Below are positions 28,127 to 39,127 of a stretch of DNA of 64,000 nt, one piece after another. This DNA comes from a bacterium (GTDB taxonomy: Bacteria; Zixibacteria; MSB-5A5; GN15; FEB-12). Each line of letters begins with the position of its first letter. The stretch's first letter is position 1. The notes beneath the pieces are model-generated. The model made no database searches and was not told where the DNA came from. It saw only the letters and a program-made list of their open reading frames with translations. The position numbers and the translations under genes were made by a program. The stretch is from assembly GCA_043811375.1 (NCBI GenBank), contig JBDRNJ010000024.1, forward strand, positions 1 through 64,000, written 5' to 3'.

Positions 28127-30076
28127 TCACCTCAAAGCCATGTAGGCCACCAGCACCACCACTCCCAGGACAAAGGCGGTAGCATAACTACGCACTCGAC
28201 CGGTCTGAGCTTTTCGCACAAACTGTGAGTTGTCACTGTAGGCGTGGGCCAGCCCATTGAGAAAACCGTCGATCATCACCACATCGACTATTTTCCATAA
28301 GAACAGTGAGCCATAAACGACCGGTCTGATAATGACCGCGCCGTATATCTCATCGACGTGATACTTGTTTAGCAACAACCGGTGCAAGCCTGACAGCTTT
28401 TGTCGCCAGTGAGTAGCCAGTTCCGGTCGTTTGTGGTAAAACAGCCGAGCCATCATAATGGCCGTCAACACCAGCACCACCGAGGCTGCCATCAGGGTCA
28501 ATTCCACGCCGGTGTTACCGGCGGCGGCTGCCAGGGCATGTTCGCCGTCTCCCGTTCGGTTATGGGACATGACCGGCTCCATCCAGAGTTCAAAACGGTT
28601 CACGAACCCAAACACGTGCGGCAGGCCAACCCACCCGCCGATCACCGCCAGCACGCCCAGCACTCCCAGAGGGATTGTCATCGAAAGGGGTGATTCATGC
28701 AAATGCGAACGGGTTTTCTCGTCCATCCGTTCCCGTCCGTGGAATGTAAGGTAAACCAGGCGGAACATGTAAAACGCGGTCAATCCGGCCGTGACAAAAC
28801 CGATCACCCAGAACACGGGATGGCCGTGCGGAGATGAAAAGGATTTCCAGAGTATCTCATCCTTGGAGAAAAAGCCGGAGAACCCCGGAATACCCGCTAT
28901 GGCCAGGGTGGCCATCAGGAACGGCCAGTAGGTCGCCGGAAGGTATTTCTTCAAACCGCCCATCCGGCGCATATCTTGTTCATTGGACATGGCGTGAATA
29001 ACCGACCCGGCGCCCAGGAACAACAGCGCCTTGAAAAAAGCGTGGGTCATCAGGTGAAAAATGCCGGCCGTGAATGAAGCCACGCCACAGGCCAGGAACA
29101 TATATCCCAACTGGCTGACCGTGGAATAGGCCAGCACCCGCTTGATGTCGTTCTGGGCCAGACCGATGGAAGCAGCGAACAACGCCGTCACCCCACCGAC
29201 AATTGCCACCACCAGCAAGGCATCCGGGGACATCATGTACAGCACATTTGTCCGGGCCACCATATATACACCCGCCGTCACCATGGTGGCGGCATGGATC
29301 AGCGCCGACACCGGTGTCGGTCCTTCCATGGCGTCCGGCAACCAGACATAGAGTGGAATCTGGGCCGATTTGCCGATCGCTCCCACAAACAGCAGGATAC
29401 AGGTCGTGGTAATCAATGCCCCGCCGGCGATAAATACCGTCGGCGCCGTTTCCATAACTGTACGGAATTCCAGCGAACCCACCTGCCAGAATATAATGAA
29501 CATACCGATCAGAAATCCGAAATCACCGATGCGGTTGACGATGAACGCTTTCTTGCCGGCATCGGATGCCGATTTCTTTTCAAACCAGAAACCGATCAAC
29601 AGGTAGGAGCAGAGTCCGACCCCTTCCCAACCGACAAACATGAGGACGAAATTGTCGGCCAGCACCAGCGTCAACATGGCAAAAGTGAAAAGATTGAGGT
29701 AGGTAAAATATCGCCCGTACCCGCCGTCGTTGTGCATGTAACCGACCGAGTATATATGAATCAGGAACCCGACCCCACTGACAACAAGAATCATAACCGC
29801 CGACAGCGGATCCAGCAGAAAGCCGACGTTGATATGCAATGAGCCGGCCGGGATCCAACTGAACAGGGTCTGCTCTATGAAGCGAGCGTCCACCGGCAGC
29901 CCCTTCAGGTCAAGAAACAGCACCAGCGACATTATGAAAGACAAACCTACCGAAGCACAGCCGATAAAAGTAATCAACGGCCGCGGCAACCTGCCTATCA
30001 GCAGACCGTTGATCAGAAATCCGACGAACGGGAAAAGAGGAACCAAAAACAGGTACTGTGAATACTCCGCTGTCAC
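28127..30076 (-). CDS. nuoL: NADH-quinone oxidoreductase subunit L
   Basis: GKSAQIPLYVWLPDAMEGPTPVSALIHAATMV, HAFFKALLF. Confidence 0.97.
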   Translation of the reverse strand: MTAEYSQYLFLVPLFPFVGFLINGLLIGRLPRPLITFIGCASVGLSFIMSLVLFLDLKGLPVDARFIEQTLFSWIPAGSLHINVGFLLDPLSAVMILVVSGVGFLIHIYSVGYMHNDGGYGRYFTYLNLFTFAMLTLVLADNFVLMFVGWEGVGLCSYLLIGFWFEKKSASDAGKKAFIVNRIGDFGFLIGMFIIFWQVGSLEFRTVMETAPTVFIAGGALITTTCILLFVGAIGKSAQIPLYVWLPDAMEGPTPVSALIHAATMVTAGVYMVARTNVLYMMSPDALLVVAIVGGVTALFAASIGLAQNDIKRVLAYSTVSQLGYMFLACGVASFTAGIFHLMTHAFFKALLFLGAGSVIHAMSNEQDMRRMGGLKKYLPATYWPFLMATLAIAGIPGFSGFFSKDEILWKSFSSPHGHPVFWVIGFVTAGLTAFYMFRLVYLTFHGRERMDEKTRSHLHESPLSMTIPLGVLGVLAVIGGWVGLPHVFGFVNRFELWMEPVMSHNRTGDGEHALAAAAGNTGVELTLMAASVVLVLTAIMMARLFYHKRPELATHWRQKLSGLHRLLLNKYHVDEIYGAVIIRPVVYGSLFLWKIVDVVMIDGFLNGLAHAYSDNSQFVRKAQTGRVRSYATAFVLGVVVLVAYMALR

Positions 30077-30087
30077 GCTCTATATCC

Positions 30088-30390
30088 TCACCATTTCAAC
30101 AGGTTGAAACGGTCGATGTTGACCGTCTCACGATTACGGTAAAGGGTAATCACCATAGCCAGTCCCACCGCGGCCTCGGCTGCGGCCACCGCCAGTACCA
30201 GGAAAACGATGGCATGACCATCGGCTATCTTCAGCGCCCGCGAGAAGGCGATTAAGGCCAGGTTGGCGGCGTTAAGCATCAACTCGACCGACATAAACAT
30301 CACAATAATGTTGCGGCAGATCAGCACGCCCAGGGTACCGATACCGAAAAGCATCGCCGCCACCACCAGATACATGGTAATCGGAACCAT
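30088..30390 (-). CDS. nuoK: NADH-quinone oxidoreductase subunit K
   Basis: [18 protein letters not shown]; 100 aa from MVPIT. Confidence 0.95.
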   Translation of the reverse strand: MVPITMYLVVAAMLFGIGTLGVLICRNIIVMFMSVELMLNAANLALIAFSRALKIADGHAIVFLVLAVAAAEAAVGLAMVITLYRNRETVNIDRFNLLKW

Positions 30391-30391
30391 C

Positions 30392-30970
30392 TCAACCACC
30401 TGTCCCATCGTGTGAATCCGGCGCCGCCGGAGGAGTAACGTCCCGGTCATCACGTTCCTGCCTGGCTATGACCACGGCGCCCACGATGGCCGCCAGTATC
30501 AGAATCGATGTCAACTCAAACGGATACAAGTATCGCGTAAACAAGACAGTGCCGATTTCCTCCACCGAACCAAACGCACCCGGCGACTTCGCCATAACGC
30601 CACCGCCGCCGGCATCTGGGAAAAAACCGCTCTTGACCACGAACCACAATTCCACGAACAGTAGCGCCGCCACCAGGTACTTGGTGAAACGACTGACCGG
30701 CGGTGAATTATCACTTAAGTCTTCGCGTCCCCGAAGGTTAAGCAGCATGATAACGAACAGGAACAACACCAGGACGGCACCGGCATAGACAATGATCAAC
30801 ACCGCTCCCATAAACACCGAACCCAACTGCACGTACAATACAGCCTGGGCTACTAATGACACAATCAGGTACAGCACCGAAGCCACCGGGTTACGCTGGG
30901 CGATCATCATGGTGGCACCGAATACGGCCACTATAGCGGATACGAAAAAGACTACTGTGTCGAGACTCAT
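30392..30970 (-). CDS. nuoJ: NADH-quinone oxidoreductase subunit J
   Basis: [23 protein letters not shown]. Confidence 0.95.
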   Translation of the reverse strand: MSLDTVVFFVSAIVAVFGATMMIAQRNPVASVLYLIVSLVAQAVLYVQLGSVFMGAVLIIVYAGAVLVLFLFVIMLLNLRGREDLSDNSPPVSRFTKYLVAALLFVELWFVVKSGFFPDAGGGGVMAKSPGAFGSVEEIGTVLFTRYLYPFELTSILILAAIVGAVVIARQERDDRDVTPPAAPDSHDGTGG

Positions 30971-31473
30971 TGGCTTTTATCCGTTATTCCGTACACCCGG
31001 CGTACCCGCCGGTAAATGCGTTTGAAGGGGTTGTCCTGTCGGGGATGCGGCACCAGCATTTGCTCCCTGGTCCAGATGAATGAGTCCCGGTCAAAGTCGG
31101 AGAATTCATATTCCTGCCCCAGGAATATCGCCTCCTCCGGGCAGGCCTCCTCACAGAAACCGCAGAAAATACACCGCAGCAGGTTGATCTCGTACAGCCG
31201 TGCTCGTCGTTCACCCCGTTCGTTCTCTTCCGGCTCCATGTAGATGGCATCGGCCGGACAAGCGGCGGCACAAAGCCCACAACATACACAGCGTTCCTCA
31301 CCGTTGTCATAGCGTTCCAGGTAGTGCCGACCGCGATAGCGCGGAGCCATCGGTTTCCTGCGGCGCGGATAATCCAGCGTCACCGGCTTCTTAAACAGGT
31401 GTTTTAAGGTAACATAGAAACCCTGCGGCATCTTGAAGATCACGTTACCCAGTGCTTGTATGAAAGCTTTCAT
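30967..31473 (-). CDS. nuoI: NADH-quinone oxidoreductase subunit I
   Basis: Two CxxCxxCxxxCP ferredoxin motifs, RYRGRH. Confidence 0.96.
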   Translation of the reverse strand: MKAFIQALGNVIFKMPQGFYVTLKHLFKKPVTLDYPRRRKPMAPRYRGRHYLERYDNGEERCVCCGLCAAACPADAIYMEPEENERGERRARLYEINLLRCIFCGFCEEACPEEAIFLGQEYEFSDFDRDSFIWTREQMLVPHPRQDNPFKRIYRRVRRVYGITDKSQ

Positions 31474-31495
31474 TTTAAGTTACCGGATTTCACGT

Positions 31496-32479
31496 TCACA
31501 ACATCACCCATGCAGCCGTAATCATAGTATTAAGCAGGGCCAGCGGCAACAACACCTTCCATCCAAACGACATCAACTGATCATAGCGGAACCGGGGAAG
31601 AGTACCGCGCAGCCAGATATAGAGAAACATAAACAAAAATACTTTCAAAACGAACCAGACTATAGACGGCAGCCAGGGACCCTGCCACCCGCCGAAAAAC
31701 AGGGTGGCGCCTACGGCCGATACGGCCAGCATGTTGGCGTACTCACCGATAAAGAAAGTGGCGAATCGCATGGACGAGTATTCAGTGTGGTAACCCGCCA
31801 CCAGTTCCGATTCCGCTTCCGGCATATCGAACGGCAGACGGTTGGTCTCGGCAATGGCGCAGGTAAGATACAACAGGAATCCCAACGGCTGCTTGAAAAC
31901 AAACCAGTCAAACACTGTGGCCTGTTGTGCTACCAGCTCCCGCAACGACAGCGTGTTGGCCAGCAGAACGACGCCAATAATGGAAAGACCGTAACCAATT
32001 TCATAGGAGATCATCTGCGCCGACGAGCGCAGGGCGCCCATCAGCGAATACTTGGAACCGGAGGACCACCCCGCCAGCACAATGCCGTACACGCCCAGCG
32101 ACGTTACCGCAAATACAAACAGAATACCGATGTTCAAATCGGAGATGACCATCTTGATCTCACGGCCAAAAAGCGCCGTATCCGCTGCAAAGGGAACCAC
32201 GGCAAAAGTCAGTAAGGCCGGAACAAACGAGATCGCCGGTGCCAGGGCAAATATGACCCGTTCCACGTTACTCGGCACCACATCTTCCTTGAAGATCAGT
32301 TTGATGGCATCAGCTATCGGTTGCAGCAGACCACGCGGTCCGGCATAGGCCGGTCCCACCCGATGCTGCATGAAAGCGACCACTTTCCTTTCCATGTAAG
32401 TGGAATAGGCACAGCCGGTCAGAACGGCCACAACTACCACCACTACCTTGATCGAAGCTACAATAATTATTTCCAGCAT
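31496..32479 (-). CDS. nuoH: NADH-quinone oxidoreductase subunit H
   Basis: GLLQPIADAIKL, ETNRLPFDMPEAESELVAGY, PRFRYDQLM. Confidence 0.97.
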   Translation of the reverse strand: MLEIIIVASIKVVVVVVAVLTGCAYSTYMERKVVAFMQHRVGPAYAGPRGLLQPIADAIKLIFKEDVVPSNVERVIFALAPAISFVPALLTFAVVPFAADTALFGREIKMVISDLNIGILFVFAVTSLGVYGIVLAGWSSGSKYSLMGALRSSAQMISYEIGYGLSIIGVVLLANTLSLRELVAQQATVFDWFVFKQPLGFLLYLTCAIAETNRLPFDMPEAESELVAGYHTEYSSMRFATFFIGEYANMLAVSAVGATLFFGGWQGPWLPSIVWFVLKVFLFMFLYIWLRGTLPRFRYDQLMSFGWKVLLPLALLNTMITAAWVML

Positions 32480-32483
32480 GGTC

Positions 32484-35051
32484 TTATTCGTCCACCTTGC
32501 TGATTTTCACCAGGTCCAGTCGTCTTTTGCGCATAAGCAACGATGTAACCGGTGTGGCTGAGAAATTGCGCGGCACCAACACCACCTCGGAGTCCAGCCA
32601 GGGTGATATCCGGGCCGGAGCGATGATCTTGCCCACCTCGGATTCAACCCGCACCGGAGCGCCCTCATTCAACTCAAATTCAGCGGCCAGATCGGCTGAA
32701 ATCTCAACGTACGCCTCACCGGAAAATGCAGCCAGCAGAGGTGACTTTTCGCTCCAGTGGCCACTGTGGTGCGGATCATCAATGACAAACAGGGGCAGCG
32801 GGTAATCATCGCCGACCGATTCCTGCGGACGTTTCACCGGCTGGAAATCCTTGGGCCGGGCCGGATCCGGCCGGATGGCAAGCAGTCGATCAATATCGCC
32901 AGTCATTTCATCGGTAGATTCAAACAAAGCGTTGCCGAATATTTCCGCGAGCATATTAATTATGTCATACCCCGGTCGAGCCTGACCAATCGGTCGAATG
33001 GCCGCACCGACCCGCTGCAGTCGGCCCTCCAGATTGACGTAGCCACCGGCTGACTCCATCCAACTGGTCAGGGGCAGGACCACATCGGCCAGGGCGGTTG
33101 TCTCATTTTCAAAGAGATCACAGGCGACCAGGAACTCCAGTTTCTCAAGGCCTTCTTTCACAAACTGACGATCCGGGCACAGCATCATGGGATCGGCGCC
33201 CATAACGATAAGACCGTTGATTTCTTCCTTTTTCATCAGGACCAGCATGGAGTCGGTAGTATGAGGTGTGCAATCGGGGAAAGCACCCCATTGAGATGTC
33301 AGCTCTTTCTTTATCGTTTCCGGCGGGTCGGGAATCAATCCCAGACGCTCGGCGCCGCATGAATTGGCATACCGCGCCGGCACCGCCAGTTGCCCCTTGT
33401 CACTCAGACCCAGCAGCAGGTCGAGATTGACTACCGAGGCGGCAATCGCTTCCCGCGCTCCGGATTGAGTGATAAGCTCTCCCATCATAAAGGTCACTCG
33501 CTGTCCTTCAAAGAGAGCCCTGGCCACCAGGCGTAACTCACTCTCGGCTACACCACAGATCGAGGCCGCCTCCTCAAGCGAAGAGACCTCCAGCTTATCT
33601 TTTAGATTTTGCGCGACATCGCTATCGACGATGTTTTCGTCTATAGCCGCCAGACAGATGCCACTGATAACAATCTCGTCGGTTCCCGGACGGTAGACCA
33701 GTTCGCCATCAGCCACGTCGGCCGATTTTACCGAGTACGGGTTGAGAGAGTAGATACGTGGTCGGCCGAAATTGCGAGCTCGGCGCAGGCGTAAGTATTC
33801 GTTGGGGTGTTCCCGCAGCAGATCGGAACCGAAAACAACGATCACATCCGAATCATCCAGATCGGCTATCTTAAACGACCGTCGGCACAACCCGGAGAAC
33901 AGGCTTTCGGTCCGTTCGGGCAACATGCGATAATCGAGTCGGAAATCGATATTATTGGAGTTGAAAACCGTACGAAGGAACTTCGAGAAGCAATACAGGG
34001 AAGCGTTATCGAGGTTTGGCGCGGCCAACCCGCCGATACAAACCCCGCCTTTTTTCTCCCTGATTTCGCTGAAACGCCGGTGGACTACCTCCAGCGCTTC
34101 TTCCCAGGTGGCCGGCACCTGTTTGCCTTCCTTCTTGACGAGCGGAGTCAGCAACCGTTCGGACGAGTTCGCGATCTGGTAGCCGTAACGGGTCACATCC
34201 GGCAGCCAGCCGTCATCGATATCATCATTACAGCGGGAGGTTGTGCGACAAACCTCGTTCTTATGATTATTCGTGTAGAGTAACAGGTTACTTCCCGAGC
34301 TATAAAAATTGCATACCGACGGCACTTTCCCGGCCAGCCACACCCGCATCTTGTAGCGCCAGTCAACGCAGGTCAGGGCACCCACCGGACAGATTTCAGC
34401 GAGGTTACCTGAAAAGGGATTGGTTATCTGCCGGCCCGGCGCGGCATTGATGGAAGTTGTATTGCCGCGACCGTAGGCGCCCAGGTCAAACTCTCCAAAG
34501 GCCTCTTTGTTGGCCCGAACGCAACGATAACAGAGGATACAGCGATTGCGATTGTGAGTGATCCCGGGACCGATGGAAATATCGTCAAAAGTGCTGGCGC
34601 TGCCGTCATCGGTAAAGCGATACTTGGTAAACTCAAAGCGACTGTCGTCCGCACCGTGAGCGTATGTAAGATCCTGCAGCTGACATTCCCCGGCCTGATC
34701 ACAGGTAGGGCAGTCAAGCGGATGATTGGTCAGGGTAAACTCAATAATCGCCCGGCGGCCCTGCAGCACTTTCTCAGAGTTGGTAAAAACGGTCATGCCC
34801 TCAGTGGCCTCCGTGGCGCAGGATACCATCAGCTTCGGGATTTTTTCGATCTCAACGTAACACATCCGACAGGAACCGGCCGCCTTCAGTTTGGGATGCC
34901 AGCAGAAGGTCGGAATGTAGATACCCAGTTTCCGGGCGGCATCGAGAACAGTTGTCCCCTTGGGAACACTGACCTGACGACCATCAATGGTCAGAGTGAC
35001 TGCCTTTGGAGCGGCCTTGCCGGTGGTTTTCTTTTCCGTTGTCTCAGCCAT
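32484..35051 (-). CDS. nuoG: NADH-quinone oxidoreductase subunit G (long form)
   Basis: FCWH..CRMC..SC, HPLDCPTCD..C, CILCYRC..CPVG; molybdopterin-oxidoreductase-like C-terminus. Confidence 0.95.
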   Translation of the reverse strand: MAETTEKKTTGKAAPKAVTLTIDGRQVSVPKGTTVLDAARKLGIYIPTFCWHPKLKAAGSCRMCYVEIEKIPKLMVSCATEATEGMTVFTNSEKVLQGRRAIIEFTLTNHPLDCPTCDQAGECQLQDLTYAHGADDSRFEFTKYRFTDDGSASTFDDISIGPGITHNRNRCILCYRCVRANKEAFGEFDLGAYGRGNTTSINAAPGRQITNPFSGNLAEICPVGALTCVDWRYKMRVWLAGKVPSVCNFYSSGSNLLLYTNNHKNEVCRTTSRCNDDIDDGWLPDVTRYGYQIANSSERLLTPLVKKEGKQVPATWEEALEVVHRRFSEIREKKGGVCIGGLAAPNLDNASLYCFSKFLRTVFNSNNIDFRLDYRMLPERTESLFSGLCRRSFKIADLDDSDVIVVFGSDLLREHPNEYLRLRRARNFGRPRIYSLNPYSVKSADVADGELVYRPGTDEIVISGICLAAIDENIVDSDVAQNLKDKLEVSSLEEAASICGVAESELRLVARALFEGQRVTFMMGELITQSGAREAIAASVVNLDLLLGLSDKGQLAVPARYANSCGAERLGLIPDPPETIKKELTSQWGAFPDCTPHTTDSMLVLMKKEEINGLIVMGADPMMLCPDRQFVKEGLEKLEFLVACDLFENETTALADVVLPLTSWMESAGGYVNLEGRLQRVGAAIRPIGQARPGYDIINMLAEIFGNALFESTDEMTGDIDRLLAIRPDPARPKDFQPVKRPQESVGDDYPLPLFVIDDPHHSGHWSEKSPLLAAFSGEAYVEISADLAAEFELNEGAPVRVESEVGKIIAPARISPWLDSEVVLVPRNFSATPVTSLLMRKRRLDLVKISKVDE

Positions 35052-35062
35052 CGTTGAAACCG

Positions 35063-36394
35063 TTAAAAATCAAATCGTGTTGTTACCCGGCAGGTGCCGT
35101 GGTCAATATGGTATTGCCATTCGTCGCGCCAGTGCTTGATGGCCGACTGAATCGGCATCACGGCTGCGTCACCCAGCGGGCATACCGTCCGGCCCAGGAT
35201 ATTGCAGCATATCTCTTCAATCAACTCTATATCACCCGGTTTGCCCAGGCCCTTTTCAATGCGCTCGATAATCTGCTTCAGCCAACTGGTCCCGTCGCGA
35301 CAGGGGGTGCACTTGCCGCATGATTCATGGTGGTAGAAATGGATCAACTTGAGAACCATCCAGACAATGCAGGTATCCTCGTTGAAGACGATCACCGCTC
35401 CCGAACCGAGCATCGAACCGACCGTCACCAGAGATTCGTAGTCCAGGTTGACATCGATCATCTCCGGTGTCAGCATCGGCGTGGAACTGCCGCCCGGGAT
35501 AACACCTTTCAGTTTCTTGCCGCCCCGGATGCCGCCGCCGTATGCTGGATCATATATAAGTTTTCTCAGGGAGAATCCCATCTCGACTTCGTAATTACCC
35601 GGACGCTGCACGTGACCGGACAGCGAGAATATCTTGCTGCCGGTCGACTTCTCGGTGCCCAGCGAGGCGTACCAGGCACCGCCACGGTTGATAATGTGCG
35701 GCACGCTGGCCAGTGTCTCGACGTTGTTGACAATCGTCGGGCAGGCGTACAACCCCTCGATCGCCGGGAACGGGGGACGCATGCGAGTCATACCCCGCTC
35801 TCCTTCCAGCGAATTGAGAAGGGAGGTCTCCTCACCGCAAATATAAGCACCACCGCCGGAATGGACGATCATATCCAGATCGTACCCACTGCCATGTATA
35901 TTCTTACCGAGATGGCCACGATCATACGCTTCCTCCCGGGCTGCCTCCATGCGCCTGATGCAATAATCGAACTCGCCCCGGATATAGATGAACATCGTGT
36001 GGCAACCGATGGAATAAGCAGCAATGGCCATTCCCTCTATTACCGCGTGAGGATCGCGCTCCATAAGAACCCGGTCCTTGCAGGTACCCGGCTCCGATTC
36101 GTCGGCATTGCAGCACAGGTAGCGCGGTTTGGGAGAATCCACCGGCACAAAGCTCCATTTGAGACCCGCCGGGAAACCGGCGCCACCCCGACCGCGGATG
36201 CCGGATTTCTTGACTTCGTCGATCACTTCCCGGGCCGACATCTCCGCCAGCACTTTCTTCCAGGCCCGGTAACCGCCATTAGCCTCGAACGTCTCGACCC
36301 TGCACTGCTCCGGGTTTTCGACGTGCCGGAACAGGTGCAGACGGTCGCTGTCGGCAACTTCGGCGGCATTGGTTATGACGGGTGAGTCAAACAT
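35063..36394 (-). CDS. nuoF: NADH-quinone oxidoreductase subunit F
   Basis: RGRGGAGFPAG, NADESEPG, YICGEET, ESCGKCTPC. Confidence 0.97.
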   Translation of the reverse strand: MFDSPVITNAAEVADSDRLHLFRHVENPEQCRVETFEANGGYRAWKKVLAEMSAREVIDEVKKSGIRGRGGAGFPAGLKWSFVPVDSPKPRYLCCNADESEPGTCKDRVLMERDPHAVIEGMAIAAYSIGCHTMFIYIRGEFDYCIRRMEAAREEAYDRGHLGKNIHGSGYDLDMIVHSGGGAYICGEETSLLNSLEGERGMTRMRPPFPAIEGLYACPTIVNNVETLASVPHIINRGGAWYASLGTEKSTGSKIFSLSGHVQRPGNYEVEMGFSLRKLIYDPAYGGGIRGGKKLKGVIPGGSSTPMLTPEMIDVNLDYESLVTVGSMLGSGAVIVFNEDTCIVWMVLKLIHFYHHESCGKCTPCRDGTSWLKQIIERIEKGLGKPGDIELIEEICCNILGRTVCPLGDAAVMPIQSAIKHWRDEWQYHIDHGTCRVTTRFDF

Positions 36395-36870
36395 CAGTCT
36401 TTTTCTCTCAATTCCTGAAGAATCTGATCCACTTTTTCGCGGGTCAGGTTCTCATGGTAATCCTGGTTGATCTGCATCATTGGTGCGGTGGCACACGAAC
36501 CGAGGCACTCCACTGTCGTCAACGTAAAGAGGTTGTCGGGGGTGGTCTCACCCTTCTTGATCTGGAGTTTCTCTTCAAGGTAGGCCACCAGTGAGTCAGC
36601 ACCCAGCAGGGCACAGGATATATTATGGCATACCTGAATCAAATACTTACCGACGGGATGCTTGGGAAACAGCGTGTAGAAACTGGCCGCCTCCGCCACC
36701 TCAACAACCGGCACACCGATAGTTTCCGATATTTCCCGGTAAACGTCATCATTGAGATGCCCCACCTGTCGATATGCAATCGTTATAGCCGGCAGGATAG
36801 CCGACTTACGATGCGGATACTGCTCGGCTTTATCGCGAATGCGCTGCCTTGATTCATCCGTCAGAATCAT
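36394..36870 (-). CDS. nuoE: NADH-quinone oxidoreductase subunit E
   Basis: CHNISC, ECLGSC 2Fe-2S ligands. Confidence 0.96.
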   Translation of the reverse strand: MILTDESRQRIRDKAEQYPHRKSAILPAITIAYRQVGHLNDDVYREISETIGVPVVEVAEAASFYTLFPKHPVGKYLIQVCHNISCALLGADSLVAYLEEKLQIKKGETTPDNLFTLTTVECLGSCATAPMMQINQDYHENLTREKVDQILQELREKD

Positions 36871-38036
36871 CTGTCAACCTCTCCCAGAACGATATCGATC
36901 GATCCGATGGCACATACCACGTCCGCAAACAGCCGCCCTTCCACCAGGCGCGGCAGGGATGCCAGATTGATAAAAGACGGCGGTCGCACTCGAACCCGGT
37001 GCGGCTTGTTGCTGCCGTCGGATGAGATAAAGAATCCGATCTCCCCTTTGGGCGACTCGATAGCCTGGTAGACCGCTCCTAACGGTGCCTTGAAACCCTC
37101 GGTGATAATCTTGAAATGGAATATCATCGATTCCATCTTGTAGAGTATGTCTTCTTTAGGAGGCAACACCACTCCCGGCACGTGAGCCCGGTAAGGTCCC
37201 TCCGGCATACCATCGACAGCCTGTTCGGCGATGTTCAGTGACTGACGGATTTCCTCAAGCCGCAGCAGATAACGGTCGTAAGCATCGCCGTTTCGCCCAA
37301 TGGCGATTTCAAAGTCGAAGTTCTCATAACCGCTGTACGGGTTGGCTTTTCTCAGGTCATGTTTGACCCCGCTGCCGCGCAGCATCGGCCCCGAAAGGGA
37401 AAGATTGATAGCCTCTTCGGCGGAGATAACCGCCACCCCCCGGGTTCGATTGATAAAAATCTCATTCTTGGTCAGTAGTTTCTCATAATCATGCAGCCGT
37501 TCCCGGACAATCTTGACAATTTTTCTTACCTTGCGGTCAAAATCACGCGGCAGATCATGCGCCAGCCCGCCGATCCGGATATAGCTGGTCATCATCCGCT
37601 GACCGCCACAAGCTTCATAGATGTCCAGGATAAGTTCCCGCTCCCGAAAAGTATACAGCAGCATCGACATCGCACCCAGGTCCAGCGCATGCGTACCCAA
37701 CCAGACCAGGTGTGAGTTGACGCGAGTAAGTTCCGCCAGGCAGACCCGCGCCCATTTGACCCTGTCCGGTACGTCGACATCCATCAGCTTTTCCACCGCC
37801 AGGCAATAGCCGAGATTGTTGGACATCGGTGCCAGATAATCCATACGGTCTGTGGCCGGCAACGCCTGGTAATAGAGCTTGGACTCCATCGTTTTCTCAA
37901 TACCGGTATGCAGGTAACCGATCACGGGGCGCGCCCTGACCACCGTCTCCCCGTCCAATTCAAGCACCACCCGTAACACGCCATGAGTCGATGGGTGTTG
38001 CGGTCCCATGTTCAGGGTAATGGTCTGTTCAGCCAT
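36867..38036 (-). CDS. nuoD: NADH-quinone oxidoreductase subunit D
   Basis: NMGPQHPSTHGVLR, DRMDY, IDIVLGEVDR. Confidence 0.97.
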   Translation of the reverse strand: MAEQTITLNMGPQHPSTHGVLRVVLELDGETVVRARPVIGYLHTGIEKTMESKLYYQALPATDRMDYLAPMSNNLGYCLAVEKLMDVDVPDRVKWARVCLAELTRVNSHLVWLGTHALDLGAMSMLLYTFRERELILDIYEACGGQRMMTSYIRIGGLAHDLPRDFDRKVRKIVKIVRERLHDYEKLLTKNEIFINRTRGVAVISAEEAINLSLSGPMLRGSGVKHDLRKANPYSGYENFDFEIAIGRNGDAYDRYLLRLEEIRQSLNIAEQAVDGMPEGPYRAHVPGVVLPPKEDILYKMESMIFHFKIITEGFKAPLGAVYQAIESPKGEIGFFISSDGSNKPHRVRVRPPSFINLASLPRLVEGRLFADVVCAIGSIDIVLGEVDR

Positions 38037-38551
38037 TAGCGTATCACCTCGGGCGGCTTATCCTTGTTCCAGGTAAACTGCGGCTGTTCATAGGTGAGCG
38101 GGAAATCCTTGCGCAACGGGTGACCGTCAAGGTCATCGGGCGTCAATATCTTGGTCAGGTCGGGATGTCCCTCAAAGCTGATCCCCATCAGGTCGTAGAC
38201 TTCACGTTCCAGCCAGTCGGCCCCCTGCCAGAGGTGAGTGAGCGAAGCAATAGTCGGGTTGTCTCCGGGCAGCCGGACCTTCAGGAAAAACCGGTACTGG
38301 TGCGACAGGGAGTAAAGATTGTACACCACCTCAAAGCGGCCGTGCTTCTCCTCATCGTGACCGAGCCAGTCCAGAGAGGTGATATCAGCCAGGAATCTGA
38401 CGTCGAGATCACTGTCATGCATCAATTCCTCGCAAATAGGAACCAACGCATCAGCAATTATGTAGAACGACTGCTGATCCCGGAAATTATCTTCCCGGAT
38501 GACAGCCTCACCGAATGTACTTTTTAAAAAACTTCTGAGCTTCTCTTCCAT
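38036..38551 (-). CDS. nuoC: NADH-quinone oxidoreductase subunit C
   Basis: WLEREVYDLMG, GHPLRKDFP. Confidence 0.96.
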   Translation of the reverse strand: MEEKLRSFLKSTFGEAVIREDNFRDQQSFYIIADALVPICEELMHDSDLDVRFLADITSLDWLGHDEEKHGRFEVVYNLYSLSHQYRFFLKVRLPGDNPTIASLTHLWQGADWLEREVYDLMGISFEGHPDLTKILTPDDLDGHPLRKDFPLTYEQPQFTWNKDKPPEVIR

Positions 38552-38623
38552 ATCGCAGTGCTTGTTCCGTTGTTCACAAAGACAATCCGCATAACAGCGG
38601 CCGGAGCGCTGTCGCGAGCGCCT

Positions 38624-39127
38624 TCAGACCACCTTCCGTCCCCACTCATCGTGGCGATCCTTAACCGACTCTTTTTCAATCTTCTCCTGAAGCTTGAGTA
38701 TACCGTTCAACAGTTGCTCCGGTCGCGGCGGGCATCCCGGCACATAGACATCAACGGGAATGATCCGGTCGACTCCCTGAAGGACAGCATAGTTGTTGAA
38801 AATTCCTCCACAGGAGGCACAGGACCCCATAGCCAGAACCCACTTGGGGTTGGGCATCTGTTCGTAAAGTGTCCGGACCACCGGGGCCATCTTCATCGAC
38901 ACCCGGCCGGACACAATCATCAGATCAGCCTGGCGCGGGGATGGCCGCAAAACTTCCATGCCATAGCGAGCCAGGTCAAAATGGGGAGCAAAAGTTGAGA
39001 TCATCTCAATGGCGCAGCAGGCCAGACCGAAACCGAGAGGCCACATCGAGCGTTTGTGAGCCCAGTTGACTACTTTATCAAGGGTAGTGAGAATGATGGA
39101 ATCGGGAATCTTCTCTTCTAATCCCAC
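38624..39127 (-). CDS. nuoB: NADH-quinone oxidoreductase subunit B
   Basis: [32 protein letters not shown] start overlapping nuoA end. Confidence 0.96.
   Translation of the reverse strand: MGLEEKIPDSIILTTLDKVVNWAHKRSMWPLGFGLACCAIEMISTFAPHFDLARYGMEVLRPSPRQADLMIVSGRVSMKMAPVVRTLYEQMPNPKWVLAMGSCASCGGIFNNYAVLQGVDRIIPVDVYVPGCPPRPEQLLNGILKLQEKIEKESVKDRHDEWGRKVV

Noticed and set aside
35327..36385. Long antisense ORFs (also 50977-52104, 62678-63517, 31433-32215, 6507-7319)
   Set aside because: Shadow frames of well-conserved genes in GC-rich DNA with no protein-like motifs
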